Assembly (NCBI RefSeq): GCF_009834535.1
Contig: NC_045697.1
Coordinates: 69,008,001 to 69,072,000 of the forward strand
Source: Camelus ferus
Taxonomy: Eukaryota
Direction: 5' to 3'
DNA: 64,000 bases
A program made the translations under genes and the position numbers. The notes beneath the pieces were generated by a model, which was not told the origin of the DNA, ran no database searches, and saw only the letters and a program-made list of their open reading frames with translations. Below are positions 50,121 to 63,727 of this stretch, piece after piece. The first letter of the stretch is position 1, and every line of letters begins with the position of its first letter.

Positions 50121-53100
50121 CTTTAAGTGATATAAGGTGATTTTTTAGTTAATAGAGAACCAATGAAAAATTATAAACAGAAACGTGTTCACACACCAGC
50201 GTTTTGGAAAATACCCCCAATAGCATTGTATAGACTGAAATGGGTGGAAATTAGTGGCTAAGAGTTCCATTAAGTGGCTGTTGCAGTATTTTGGATAATT
50301 AGATAATAAAAGCCTAGATTAAGATCATGGCATTATAAGGGGAGAAAAAGAATCAGAATCTAGAGACAGTCTAAAGCAAAATGAAAAAACTGAGGGTCAA
50401 TTATACATAGATTGGGGAAGAAAGAGGAATGCGGAATGGCTCTGAGCTTTCTAATTTGGGAGACCAGATAAGTGATGATGCCATTAGCCACATTAATGAA
50501 TACAGGAAGAGCAGCAGATTGGAAGGACAGCGCTAAGGTAAATTTCATTTCATGAATATACAGCTTGAAGAAACTGCAGGACATTTTTGCTTTCATCCAA
50601 TTTGCTACCATTAGTTCATTCAACAAATATGCCTTGACTATGAACTGTGTGCCTGTCACTAGGTTTGTGGCAGTAAAGCAGTCATGCTCTCTGCCCTCGA
50701 GAAATTCACCATCTAATGAGAAAAGCATTTCAACTAATAATCATATGCACAATTATCTAATTAGATTTATAGATAGTGCAGTTGTTTTAAATACAATAAA
50801 GAGTTTGGCATCCAGTGAAAAGTTGACCTAATTAATCTGGCAGTAAGGAAATGCCTCGCCCAACACCACACCCCTGCCAGCGAGGCTCTAGCAACTTTTA
50901 TGCCCTCCAGTTTCTCAACCACACTTCTCTACGTCGTTCTGCATTGGTAGGGTGTGACGCTGTTGAGAATCATTGAGGTGACCTACTGTTCAGTACCCTT
51001 AGCCATTGTTTTCGTGTGGTCGCTGAGCAAGGCCTGCAACCTTTCTCACCCATCATGGCTTTCATGTGAGAAAACCCACAACTGAACTCATTGGGGAAAA
51101 ATAAAATAAATCATTTTTTTCTGGTCCAAATCTGACATTTTTTTCTTACCAAATACCTCTAACTTTGGGTTGGAGCTATGAGAGCAACTGGCCTTTTCAA
51201 AGTCTCATATACATCCATGGCGCTGGCTCCCCCCACCTGTGTCCCCATAGCAGATCTTTGTCAGTTACACTTGGAAACTTCTACTTGCCTCTCAATAGCA
51301 TCTCTTCCACTATCTCCAGAAAACTCCACCTCCACTTTCCTGATTCATATGGGCAGCCTACAAGAAAGCTGGTTCTTTCAGAAAAATCAAACTGATCCTC
51401 TGCCATAATCCTTGAGTGTCTGGCAGCACACAGGAACAGTGAGAAGATCAACTGACACCGCTGGACCCCAAAAGGGACTCAACCCCAAGGGACTCCTCCT
51501 CACTTAACACCTTGTGAAGAAAAGCTGGTACAGCAATTTCTCAAGTGAGACAAAGTTTCTGTTATTATCAGAATAAAAGGGGGAGGTGTAACATAAACTT
51601 TGATGAGTTACAAAACTTTATGGATGAAATGTTTCTTTTTCTTGAAAATTGGCCATGTGTTGTTCTTAGCATCTCTCTTCAAATCACCCAGGATTGAATT
51701 GGCCAGAAGTCACAGCTGCAACGCAGGAAAGCTGTGAGTGATTTTCCATGTTTTGCAATCATCACGGCAAAATTATGTTTTAAATGTAATTTCAATATGT
51801 CACAACTACTTTCTCACTCACAGTTTGAGAAATTAATATTTGCGTGAACTTCTAAATGTTGCCCCTAGACCCAAAATACAGATCACATACTCACACACAT
51901 CCTACTTTTTTTAATAGAATGAATCTGAAATATTATAATCCAGGCTACAGTGGAAATAAAAATTTTAATATTTATCTGTATTTTAAAACATCTTCTCAGA
52001 TCTAAAAGATCATGAATTCACAAAGCCTTAAACACATTCTCTAAACACATGGTAGCTCTGTTAAGAAAACCTAGGTGATTAGAAAGCTTATAAAATCTTA
52101 ATTAATTAAATAGGGATATTTCCAGAGATGAAGAGGGCAGTTTTGCCTCTGTAATATGTTATTTTACTATCATCATTGACACTTTGAAGACTATAGACAC
52201 AGGCATCTCTATGTAGAACTGACAGTGTCTATGGAACATCAATAGGAGAGTAATTTATGTGCTGATGTCTAGCTAGAAAATTACAAAAAATTAGTACTAA
52301 AATACTCCAACTATTTAAAACAGAAATAATACAATGTATATGCACAGTCATCATCATTTTATTTTAATTACAGTGCCAATGAAGATTAAATCAGTTGCAT
52401 TTCTAATGTTAGGTGTGCCTTCTTAAAAAATATTTCTCTTTCAGTTACAATAATGATGGTGGAAAATACTGAACTATCTTAGTAATTGGGATCAGAAAAG
52501 AGCTGATGATAGATTCAACTCCTAGGCCATATATTCAAACAAAATGTATATAAGTAATGAGGTCTCACTTAGCTATAATTTCTTTGGGAGCCTATTTTCA
52601 GATTCAGAAATGAGGACCTGGAGAACACAAGCTGATGCAATACTCTGAAAAATCCTCTAGGGAAAGGAACATCTACAAAACAAGCAGAGCAAATGGATTG
52701 TGTTCAAGAATTTAAACCAAAATGCTAACGCTAAAAGAGCAATATAGGATCATGAAAGTAAAATTATTTCACATTATCATTTTAAACCATCCTTTCTGTT
52801 TGAGGACTGCAGCCATTACTTCCAGAATATATTCATTACATGAAAATTGAAAGCTATAGTTATTTTGCCTTGGTCGAAAATAAAAGTACCCCTTTTATGA
52901 CAGCATTTGACTTAATAAAAGTAATGAAACTAAAAACTACCCCCTAAAGCATGGTATTATTTAAAAAGCTCCCCCTTCAGCTACACTGACCTGAAAAATA
53001 ATAAAGCAGGTTAAATATTCATGGTAAGTCCCAGGGGATTTGAGAATATTTTTAAGACTATGAATATGAAAGTTCCTATGAGAGACACTTGCATTTTCCC

Positions 53101-54126
53101 ACTGCGTAAAAAACAAAGTAAATTGCAAATGAGGTACAGAGAACTTAATCAAAAACATTTTACCAAATTTTAATTCTTGAATACCTGTGAAACCATTGCG
53201 ATAATATTCTCACTGACTAGTTAATATGAAACAAAACTTTTTAATTTGTAATTTTAAGTAGATTTTTTAAAGTATGAATGATCCTCACCCTAATCTCAGT
53301 TTACAGTTTACAATGTTAATATATGATAATTAAGATATCTTCTGAATTACTAGCAGAAAGTAATCACTGTGATTTTTTTATATTTTAATGTATCCAATGG
53401 AAAAAAATTAGTTCTGTGAATTTAGCAAGACTTAAAAACTTGTAATAATTTCTGTATTTAAAATTCTTATGTGTTATGCAGTACTTATAGACCATCTTTT
53501 TGCTCTAATATGTCTCACAAAATACTCACAAAATTTAGAATCCTTGATAGACTAGGAAAGACTCTTATATGTTACCTAGTGTAAAGCCTACGTTAAAAGT
53601 TTGTTTCTGAATTATGAACTCAAACATGTTCAAAGTAAAAGAAAAAGCTATGTATTTCATATCCACTCATACTTGTTCTGTCGACTGTACTTTCTTTGCC
53701 AACTTCTATATTTTTTATTGGGTCGCTTGTCCTTTTCCCATTGATTTAAGAGCCCCTTGTGTACTAGACACTGGCCCTTTGTTTAGCAAATGTGTCACAA
53801 AAATTTTTTTCGAGTTTGCAGTTTATTGATTGTTGTTTACTATATTTGAGATAATTTTCCACACAAATGTTTGCACAGAAACTTTAGAATTGTTCATTTA
53901 GTGGCTTCTAATTTTCATGATATTCTTTAAAATGTCTACCTCACTCACTCATGTTTTCTTCTTATACATTTGTGCTTTTGTTTAATAAAACTTAAGAGTT
54001 TAATCCAGCTATTTTCATTAGGTTAGGAGTAGATAGACCTATTTCTGATTTTCCAATTGGCTAGCCACTCACTTCGGTACCATCTATAATCTCTTTTTCC
54101 CTCTGACTTGAAATTATAATGCCTTC

Positions 54127-54612
54127 TGTGATAGACAGAGTAATGATCCCCCAAAGATGTCCATGTTCTAATCCCCAAAACCTGTGAATAAGTTAGGTTA
54201 CATGGCAAGGGGGTATTACGGTTGCAGATAGAGTTTAGGTTGCTAATCAGATGAATTTGTGCTGTGGAGGTTATCCTGCATTATCTCGGTGGGCCCAGTG
54301 TAATCACAAGGCTGCTTATAAGTGGAAGAGGGAGGCAAAAGAGTCAGAATCAGAGAGCGATTTGAAGATTCTATGCTCCTGGCTTTGAAGATGGAAGAAA
54401 GGACCACAAGTAATGCAGGCAGCTTCTGAAATACGGAAAAGGCAAGGAAATGGATTCTCCCCTAGAGCCTCCAGAAGGAATGCAGTCCTTCTAGCACCTT
54501 GACTTTAGCCCAGTGAGACCCATTTTGGACTTCAGACCTCCAAACTGTAAAAAAATTAATTTGTGTTGTTTTAAGACAATATATTTGTGGTAATTTGTTA
54601 CAGCAGCAAACC
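54127..54612 (+). mobile_element. MLT1C/D-like MaLR LTR
   Basis: tgtgatagacagagtaatgatcccccaaagatgtccatgttctaatcccc...gtggtaatttgttacagcagca. Confidence 0.9.
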
Positions 54613-55728
54613 ACAGACTATAAAAAATATTTGCAAAAAGAGACATCTGATAAAGGACTATTATCCAAAATTCACAAAGAACTCTTAAAACGCAATAATA
54701 ACAAACAGCCTGATTAAAGCATGGGCCAAGAATCGGAACAGACACTCACCAGAGAAGATATACAGATGACAAATATGCATATGTGAAAATGCCCCACATC
54801 GTATGTCACTAGGAAATTGCAAATTAAAACAATAATGAGATACCATTATGTACCTATTAGAATGGCCAAAATCCAAACTACTGAAAATACCAAATGCTGG
54901 AGAGGATGTGGAGCATCAGGAACTCTCTACATTGCTGGTGGATACAAAACAGTGCAGCCACTTTGGAAGACAATTGGAAGTTTGGTGATTTCTTACAAAG
55001 CTATACACATTCCTACCAGTGATTCAGCTATTTTGATCCTTAGAATTTATCCAAAGATGTTGAAAACTTATATCCACACAAAAACCTACACACAGATGTG
55101 TATAGCAGCTTCATTCATAATTGCCAAATCTTGGAAGCAACAAAGATGTACTTCAGTAGGTGAATGAACAACTATGGTACATTGAGACAATAGAATATTA
55201 TTACTAAAAAGAAATGAACCATTAAGCATGTCATGAAAAGACACAGAGGAACATTAAATGCATAACACTGCAATCTAAAAAGACTACTACAAATATGTAG
55301 TTCCAATTAAATGACTTTCTTAAAAAGGCAGAACTACGGAGACAATAAAAAGTTTAGGGATTTCTGGAAGTCAGGGGCAAAGATGAATACTCAGAGCACA
55401 GAGGATTTTTAGGGTAGTGAAAATACTCTTTATGGCTTCATAATGATGAATATTTGTCATTACACATACATGATACATTGGTCCAAATTCACAGAATGTA
55501 CAACACCGAGTGTGAACCCAAAGTTAAACTATGGACTTTGGGTGATTATGATATGACAATGTAGATTCATCCTTGGTTTAAAAAAAAAAAAAAGACTTAT
55601 TCTGGTGAGTGATGTTGATAGCAGGGGAGGCTATGCATGTGTGGGGAAGGGGGTAGCATGAGAAATCTCTATATCTTCTCAATTTTATTGTAAACCTAAA
55701 ACTGCTCTAAAAAATAGTCTTTAAAAAA
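54613..55728 (+). mobile_element. L1MC-like 3' fragment
   Basis: ORF 54817-55167 has L1 ORF2 C-terminal motifs (MQIKTIMRYHY...KCWRGCG...VQPLWKT); 3' end taaacctaaaactgctctaaaaaata. Confidence 0.9.
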
Positions 55729-56506
55729 TGCAGTGTCTAGGCAGTGTGTCTTTATAGGACTCGATTGGCTTCAGGCTTCTGACTTGGTTCCTATTTGTGT
55801 AGCTTCCGAAACGGATTCTCCTTTCTTTCCAGAGATTTTGAGAGGTATCCGATACCCTTTACTAAAATCCTTTTCTGCTGATGTCTAGCAGAGCTGGTAT
55901 TATCGCTTAGAACTAAGAATCCCGGCTGGTACACAGTTCTGAGGTCCAGACCACCCGGAAATTAGAGTTCATCATATAACCTCTGTTGAGAAACAAAGAC
56001 TGTGCCCTTGGGCTATATTGTTGGGAATCTGAGCATGGTAACATAGGTAGGAGTTTGAAGAATTCAAGAGTATGTACATTTACACTGACACACTACTAAA
56101 ACGGCTCTCTCTATGATTTTTTTACTGCTAAATCCAGTAGCCTCTGCTCCCGTCTCAGGATTCACCTTTGTGCCATATTTGATACTGCTGACCACCCCTC
56201 CCTCTCGAAGCTCTAATATCCCTTGACAGAGAGCATTTCAAGGGTTATCTTTGTATTCCCAGCACTTTGCATTCTGCTTGACACATGGCACTCAATGAGA
56301 TGTCAATGAGTGAATGAATGAATATACATTGTATTTTTAACTGTGACTAAAGGAGAGAGCCTAATTGAATAAAGCACACAGGGAAATGTTGACTAAATGT
56401 GAGAAAGTAATAGTAACTCATCTTGAGAGTTTAGAGCCCATTTTAATTATAATGATTAATAATGGCATGTAAGCAAATTATGGATTAATACAAAATTGTT
56501 TTAGTA

Positions 56507-56615
56507 GGGGGAAGGTAATTAGGTTTATTTATTTTTAATGGAGGTATCAGGGCTTGAATCTAGGACCTCGTGCATGCTAAGCAGGTGCTCTACTGTTTGA
56601 GCTATACAGTCCCCC
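56507..56615 (-). mobile_element. tRNA-derived SINE, camelid Vic-1 type
   Basis: Minus strand ggggg...tatagctcaaacagtagagcacctgcttagcatgcacgaggtcctagattcaagccctgatacctccattaaaaataaataaacctaattacc, with Pol III A/B box remnants. Confidence 0.85.
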
Positions 56616-58559
56616 TCAGAGAAGTCTAACTTAGATTTCTAGACTTGTTCAAAGAGGACCTTGAAAATGGGAATTCTTTCTATCCCAACATTAGAGCTGA
56701 AGCTTCTTCCTCTTTGCCCCACTTTTCACTCCTGTCCCCACTTCATTGTAATAGGGATTATAACTATGAACAGTTTATCATAATTAAACTTTGTGACTAA
56801 AAATCTATGGTATATCAGAATTCCACAACAACTTGTACATCATATATCCTAATTCTTTTTCCTAAATTCTCACACTGTTCTCACTTTCTCAGAAATAATG
56901 GTTTCCTTTTTATCGACCATCCTTCTCCTTCTGACATCTATTTTCTCCCAGCTTCACACTTGCTCATTCATCATTTATCTGCTTCCATAGCTTTCATCAT
57001 CATTCTGTACAGCTAATTTCCTCTTGCTTTGACCTTTCCATTAAACCTCACACCTGCATTTTCAAATGCTGTTCATCCTCATGTGGGTGTGTTGCTTCCC
57101 TACTCACACTTGTCTGGTTTGACATCTAAATCATTATCTCTGCACACAAAAACAAATCATAAAATACACACAAAAATAGAGCAGCTAGTCATTGTTTACA
57201 CTTCCAACCTCAGTTAATTGCATCACTCTCCTACTGGTTGCCAAAGCTAGAAAAAAGAGAACCCTCTCAACCATCTACAGCTAACCAAACTTAAAATTCT
57301 GAAGACTCTGGAATTTAAAATGTATTTAGAAATTGTCTTCTCATGTCATTTTCACTACACTATTTTATAACCTCATCATTGAATAACTTTAAAATTGTTG
57401 CAAACTATGTTCCTATCTTTGGTTGACTATAGCTCTAATTCATCCCTCATATTGCTCCCAGGCCTATCTTGTTATAATACAAATCTGATTATGAAACATC
57501 TCTGTTCAAAAATCTTCAAGATTTCCTATTGACCTACAAAGTAAAAATGTTTGGGGTGGCATTCAAGGCTAATCATACCCTGAGCTACCTTTTAAGATTT
57601 ATTTCCAACTAAATCCCATTGTGAAACTTAAACTCTAACAAAATTGGGTTATTTTCCATTTTCCAGACATACCTACGGCATAAGAGATGAGTCATTCTCC
57701 CCACCCACACCCCTACTCCGACCATCCTAAATTCACTTGAGAAATAATAGATGGTCATAGTCTGGCTGACAATTAGATTTTGGTTTACTGAATATACTAT
57801 GCATGCTGGCTAGAGAAAGGGGAAGAGGGAAAAGAAAACTAAGCAAGGTGATTAGAAAGACTGTTGAGGAGATTCTGAGGCAGGAATAAGGCAATTATAA
57901 GAAAGAGCAGAGTTTTAGGCTGTTTTGCCATATGACTCCTCCCTGTTTTCTCGTTAAATCTTTAGTAAGTCTGTATTTCTAAGCAACTCTCTCACAGTTG
58001 GATTTATTTAAGGGCTAAAACAGAGTGGCATTGCTTGAAGGTGTGCATGAGGCTAGTTAAGAAGAATTTTGGATTCCATTAACTGTGTTTATATTCACTT
58101 CCACTTTTGTATTGTAAATTTCCTTGAAGGCAAGAAACATGTTTTACAGTAATTGATCTCTGTTTATGCAACTGACTTGGATTCTAGCCATCTGTAACTT
58201 GTATTTCTCCTATAATTTCTATTTTAATATTACCTCTAGGTTCTATTCTCCTAACCCCTCATGGTATCATCAGCTGGACAAATGAGCTGGCTCTCTTCCA
58301 CAGTCTTATCTCCTATATAATCCTATCACTGTCACCAGCATAGCACACGCTCAGAAGAGCTCCTTGAGCCTATTCACTCCTTCCCTGAATCAGAAGTCTA
58401 AAGCTTTCAAGATTCTTTTGAAAACAGTTGTTCCATTAGACATCCTTCCCACTACTAAACAACTGTGGTTGCATATGACCCTCCTCCCATTAAACAGCAT
58501 TAGATATGAGACACTTTTAATGAGGCTTGTGATATTCTATCTTTAAAGCTCTTTCTTCC

Positions 58560-59700
58560 AATGCACTAAATTAGAGCATGCAATTGATGCTGAAAAGAAA
58601 ATCATGCCAGACACTGTTCTCACAGTGCCAGATTACAGGAAACACAAAAATTCTTGTTCTTACTATAGTTACATTCTAGTATAGGGAGAAAACAAATAAA
58701 TAAAACAAGAAAATATCAGGTAATAATAAGGCTATACAGAAAAAAAGAGGGATGTGATGGAATAGCTGATTCCTTTAGATTTGTTGGTTTGTGTACATTA
58801 TAGAAGTGAGGCAACCGAGTTCCTATGAGATATTTGAGCTGTGACCTGAATGACAAGAAGGAAGCTGTTATAGAAATATCTGAGGAAAGAGCATTCCTGG
58901 CTGGGGGAATAGCTGGTTCAATGGCTCTGAGGCAGGAATGAACTTGGCATTTTCAGGAAACAGAAAGAAAGGTAATGTAAGGGGGGAAAGGGTTTAAAAT
59001 TATGACAAAGATGCAAGCAGGATGGATTGCATGAGGCCTTGTAACACAGGGTAAGGAGTTTGGACTTTCTTCAAAGCGAGGTAGGAAGTTTTGAGGAGGT
59101 TTTAGCAGGAAAGTGATGGATCTGATTTACATTTTATACTGGTAACTCCAGCTGCTGTGTGGAGATTAGATTGTAAGGGGGCGAGAGAAAAAGTAGGAGG
59201 CCCTTAAAGAAATCTAGGCACTAGAAGATGGTGGTTTGGACCATGTCTTGTAATAGAGATAAAAGTAGACGGATGTGAAATATATTTTGCAAGAAAGAAG
59301 AATCAGATGGTTTGGATGGTGGAGGAGGAGCAGGTAGGAAGGAACAGAGAATAGAAGGGAAGAGTAAACAATGAGTTCTAGGTTTTTGGTTTAAACAAAA
59401 TGAGATGGTGAAGACTAGGAAAGAGACACATTGGGGATGAAAGGATGATATAAGTTTCTTTTTTTTTCCATATCAAATTTGAAATGTTTATGAGACAAGT
59501 AAGAGGAAGTATCATAGTAAGGCAGCTGGCTATACATATCTGGAACTCTCTGTCAAGATTAGAGATGACATATAGCCTTGGGACTAAATGAAGACATTTG
59601 GGGAGAGAGTGTAGAGAAGAGAAGGGGAGAGAAGAGGGCCCACCAATATTGAGACGTGGGCAGAGGAGCTCTGAGTTAAGAGGAAAAGCAGAGCATGAAC
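58560..59700 (-). mobile_element. L2 remnant
   Basis: atgccagacactgttct...gatatttgagctgtgacctgaatgacaagaagga...gtaaggagtttggactttct, an L2 antisense pattern. Confidence 0.8.
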
Positions 59701-60499
59701 TTCTCTACTGAATTCTAGACTCCTACATCCAATGTCTATTTTATAATTGTTCCCAAACAATCAACAAGATATCCTTTTCCTATGTTACTGTTTAAAGAAA
59801 TTCTAGGATCTGCCTGTGAGCCACTAGTCCAATGTGCTTATTTGTTCTAAGAAGACAAGTGTTTCCAACAACTTCCTTCCTTTGACTGATTCCTCTGCTG
59901 CTGCAGACCACCCACCAGTCATTTCTGAACTCAGCACACTCTGTTACCTGACTTTGGCAACTGGGTGTTCATGCTTTTCCTGACAGCACAAGTCCTATAT
60001 TCCTTTTCTAGGGGGAGGACTTTTGTGTTTTGTTCTTGTTTTTGGCATTTTATGTCTGATTAAATTCCATCTCAGTAACTGAAGAGCTTCTTAAAAGAAG
60101 CATTTTTAGGTAGAAAACATGGGCAATAGTTTAATCTTCACCACCCACTGTAAGTGTAATCTTTGATAAATCCTTGAAACTCATATCACTATTATCTCAC
60201 TTCTAAAATATATGCCTAAAGTTATGGAAAAAATATTAAGTGAGTGAGTGAATTTATAAGTGCATATAACATGTACCTGAGGACCAAAAGTTGGATCACC
60301 TGTCTTCCAGTGTGTAAGTCATTGTTATAGCCATTGTTTGCATATAGTTGGTGCTTAAAAATTGTACTGCAGTGAGACTTTTTAGCACAAAGCCTCTATT
60401 ACATTCAGAAGGAGCAGTCACCTCAAAGTCAGTTTTACTGTTTTACTTAGGACCATGTTGCTAAAACCAAATGTCCCTCCTCTTCATCCTACTCAAAGA

Positions 60500-62259
60500 A
60501 TATGGTTTCCAAAGTGGGATGAGCAAAACAATAGGGAGCAAGAATAAAATATTAGACTTGACACTTATATTTATTTTGTATCTAAAAAATATGAAGGGAT
60601 TTATGCTTTTCTAATACTTAATATACTGATGGACACTGCTGTCCTCACTGGCTCCACAAGTCAAATAGCATATAAGTAGGCCCAGTAGGGGCTGGCATCA
60701 AGGTGCTATAAATTGATTTCCTTTCAATGAATGCTACTGTACCGTGGTTTATGTGCTACACAGAACGTTGTCAGTGTGATTAATTTTTTATAAAATAAGG
60801 TCTTTAAAATAATAGTGGAGCCTTTGTAATAAGCAAGGGCTGACCATGAAAATCTTTTTACCATGTAGTAACCAGTTTACTGGCTTTCTTGTAGAAAGGA
60901 TTGTCCCAACTAAAAGCTGAATAACACTTACCTGTAAACAAACTTCACAAGTGTGTGAATTTATTAACCTTTACTATGAATACAAGTGACAGTCAGATAC
61001 TTTTGAAAGAATAATACTCTTAATCAGTTTCTTCAAGGTAAAGGTGACATTTTCAATAACGGAGGAGAAAGTTACTGCTGCTCAAAAGACATTTGTGCTA
61101 AGCAGAGAGCATTTTTTAAAATAGATACTTGGAAATGTTCCATTCTCATGCAATTTTGTTGCTGAAAACAATTTAAATGTAAAACTCTTAATATCTGCAC
61201 ACTTAAAAACTTGGAAATCGAGCTTTAAAGACTGTTTTTTAAAAGTCTTCCAAATGAGTAGTTTCAGTGAGTTTTGAACCTATTTCTTAAAAATATAAAA
61301 ATGCAATAACTCCTGATTAGTTTGTGAGAACACCTGACTGATATTGGGGGTGATATATGTTGCTAGCTGAATTTCAACAAAACCCTTTGCATAATTGGGG
61401 ATAGGATGGAAAAACGAGCATCACGATTTATCGGGCACAGTTAATGGTGCACTGCTTCCACCTGGCTGTACGTATTTTTGTGAGAAAGCTCTTTCAGCTA
61501 AAATAGCCATTAAAACCAACATGGGAGTAAACTGAACTTAGAACCATTTGAGCCACTATATCAAAAGGTATTGAAACAAGATTTTTTTTTTGGTGGGGGG
61601 TGGGTCTCAGTTTTTTTGGAGCTTTTTTATTTTTTTAAATTTTTTAAAATTGAAGTACAGTTACAATGTGTCAATTTCTAGGGTACAGCACAATGTCCCA
61701 GTCATGCATATACATACATATATTCATTTTCATATTCTTTTTCATTAAAGGTTATTACAAGATATTGAATATAGTTCCCTGTGCTATACAGAAGAAATTT
61801 GGTTCTTTTATCTGTTTTTATGGCTAACATTTGCAAATCTTGAGATTCCCAAATTTATCCCTTCCCACCCCTTTTCCTTGGTAACCATAAGATTATTTAC
61901 TATGTCTGCGAGTCTGTTTCTGTTTTGTAAGATTTTTTTTAATTGATGAGGAATTGTCAACCAGATTGCTCTCACCAGAAAGGGCAAAGAGGCTGTTGAA
62001 TCACTGATAAATAGAATAAAATAATGTGAAAACTATTATTTAATCTTTTTATCTAATCATTCTTAATTTCTATTTTAAGTTTGTTCTACAAAGTACACAT
62101 TACAGTAGAACATTATTAAATATATAATAATTATATAATTATAATAATTATGTAATTAATTCTGTAATATAATTGATAATTATGTATTTATAATATATTG
62201 AAATGTTCAAAAAATTTTAATTAGGGGTGCATAGTCAAAAAGAAATTTGGAGATCACTG
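60500..62259 (+). mobile_element. hAT-Charlie (Charlie7-like) DNA transposon with decayed transposase C-terminal half
   Basis: Degenerate TIRs (tggtttccaaagtggg ... tttggagatcactg). Frameshifted peptides resemble the hAT transposase and dimerisation domain: DHENL..., LNQFLQGK, ALLPPGCTYFCEKALSAKIAIKT. Confidence 0.8.
61590..61928 (-). mobile_element. Young camelid-type L1 3' end inserted in the Charlie element
   Basis: 12-bp TSD AAGATTTTTTTT (61578-61589 / 61929-61940) at a TTTT/AA site; same 3' UTR family as 16769-17580 and 39593-40702. Confidence 0.88.
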
Positions 62260-62458
62260 CTTTAGTAGAACCAGTCCCATTATGCCTCAAATTCCTGTTT
62301 ATTTCAGTCATCTTTGGAAGTACAAGTCCCTCTGCCATCCATTGCGGCCTGCTCTTTCATTCCAATACTGCTCTGTAATCTTCTAATCTGACGAAATCCC
62401 ACTCCCATCTCAACCTTTCCACCCTGCCCTCAGTTTGAGTGTGAATCAACAAACTTCT

Positions 62459-63000
62459 TATGGTAGCTACTCTCCATTGATGGCTACCAGTAGATCACAA
62501 CCCTGGTATTGACATCATTGTGAGCCCCCTCCCTTGAAGCTGGACTGGCTCTGTGATTCACTTTAATCAATAGAATGTGGCAGAAGTGATGATGTGTCTG
62601 TTCTGGGTGTAAGCCTCAAGGTCTGGCAGATTCCACTTCTGTGCTTTTGGGGGGCCCAAGCTGCCATGTTAGAAGTCCAGCTACACTCCTGGAAAGTTCC
62701 TGTGGAGAGGGAGAGACTCTGAGGCAAGAGAAAGAGACAGACAGACAGACAGACACCCTGGCATCCCAGTTAAGCCCAGCTCTCCAGTCATCTCTCCTAA
62801 GACAACAGATACGTGAATGAGCCAATTGGATTTTCTAGCCCAAAGCCCCCAGTGACTTTAGCCCCATATGACATCGTATGAATCAGAAGAATCACCCAGC
62901 TGAGCCCAGTCAACCTGATGTATCTTGAGAGATAACAAAATTGCTATTTTAAGCCACTGGTTTTGGTGTGATTTGTGAAGCAGCAATTGATAACAAAACC
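62459..63000 (+). mobile_element. MLT1G/H-like MaLR LTR
   Basis: aatcaatagaatgtggcagaagtgatg...cacccagctgagcccagtcaacc...ttttaagccactggttttggtgtgatttgtgaagcagcaattgataac. Confidence 0.85.
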
Positions 63001-63019
63001 TTCTGTTACATTCTCAATC

Positions 63020-63700
63020 TTCTGGAAACGTTCCTTTCCACCTTTTGACTAAAAACTGACTTTCCAGTGAGGACATTTACCCTACAGCCCTCTCAAGTGA
63101 TATCTGTTTTTCCTCTCACACTCCACCTACTACAGAGCCAACAGACAGATTAGGTCTTCTCCTTTCCCCAGTGTCCTCCTGCAGAGACCTCTGTTCTCCT
63201 GAAGCTCATGCCATCTGGCTATGTCCTTGTCTAAATCATGTTGCTGCCATCTGCTGATCTCTTGGCCATTCCTCTTCACTGGTAGATAACCTACCCCCTG
63301 GCTCACCCTCCACTCCTATTTTTGTCAGTATGTTCTGTGATTTCACCATCCATGTGGATGACTCAGCCTTATAACTTTCCTCTCAGTTCCTTGACTTCTT
63401 AACTTTTCCTCTACTCCTCTTCAGCCACCTGTTCCCATGGGTGTAACTTAGAACTTATAAACTGTATCACCTTTGAAATATAAATGTAAAATATCTTATC
63501 CTTTTAGCTCACATGTGTTATTAACTGCTCTGCAACCATTCTCTGACCATATCAGAATCTCTAAACAACGAAATATTGAAGAAAATAACCAAGCTGATAT
63601 ATTACACTTTTCATTGATAATTACAGACCTCACATAGGCATTAAATGCTGCCCAGTAATATTACTTAATTTCTGCATTAGGTTTGCATTCATAATTTTGG
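63020..63700 (+). mobile_element. L2 ORF (endonuclease region) remnant
   Basis: Pyrimidine-rich L2 sense sequence (gatttcaccatccatgtggatgac...cctctcagttccttgacttctt). Confidence 0.65.
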
Positions 63701-63727
63701 ACACAACTACTTCGTGCTGTCTCTTCT

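Noticed and set aside
56507..56615. tRNA-like sequence
   Set aside because: Degenerate A/B boxes with a SINE tail; it is a SINE, not a functional tRNA.
62100..62200. Extremely AT-rich low-complexity patch
   Set aside because: Simple AT-rich decay within the Charlie element; no regular unit.
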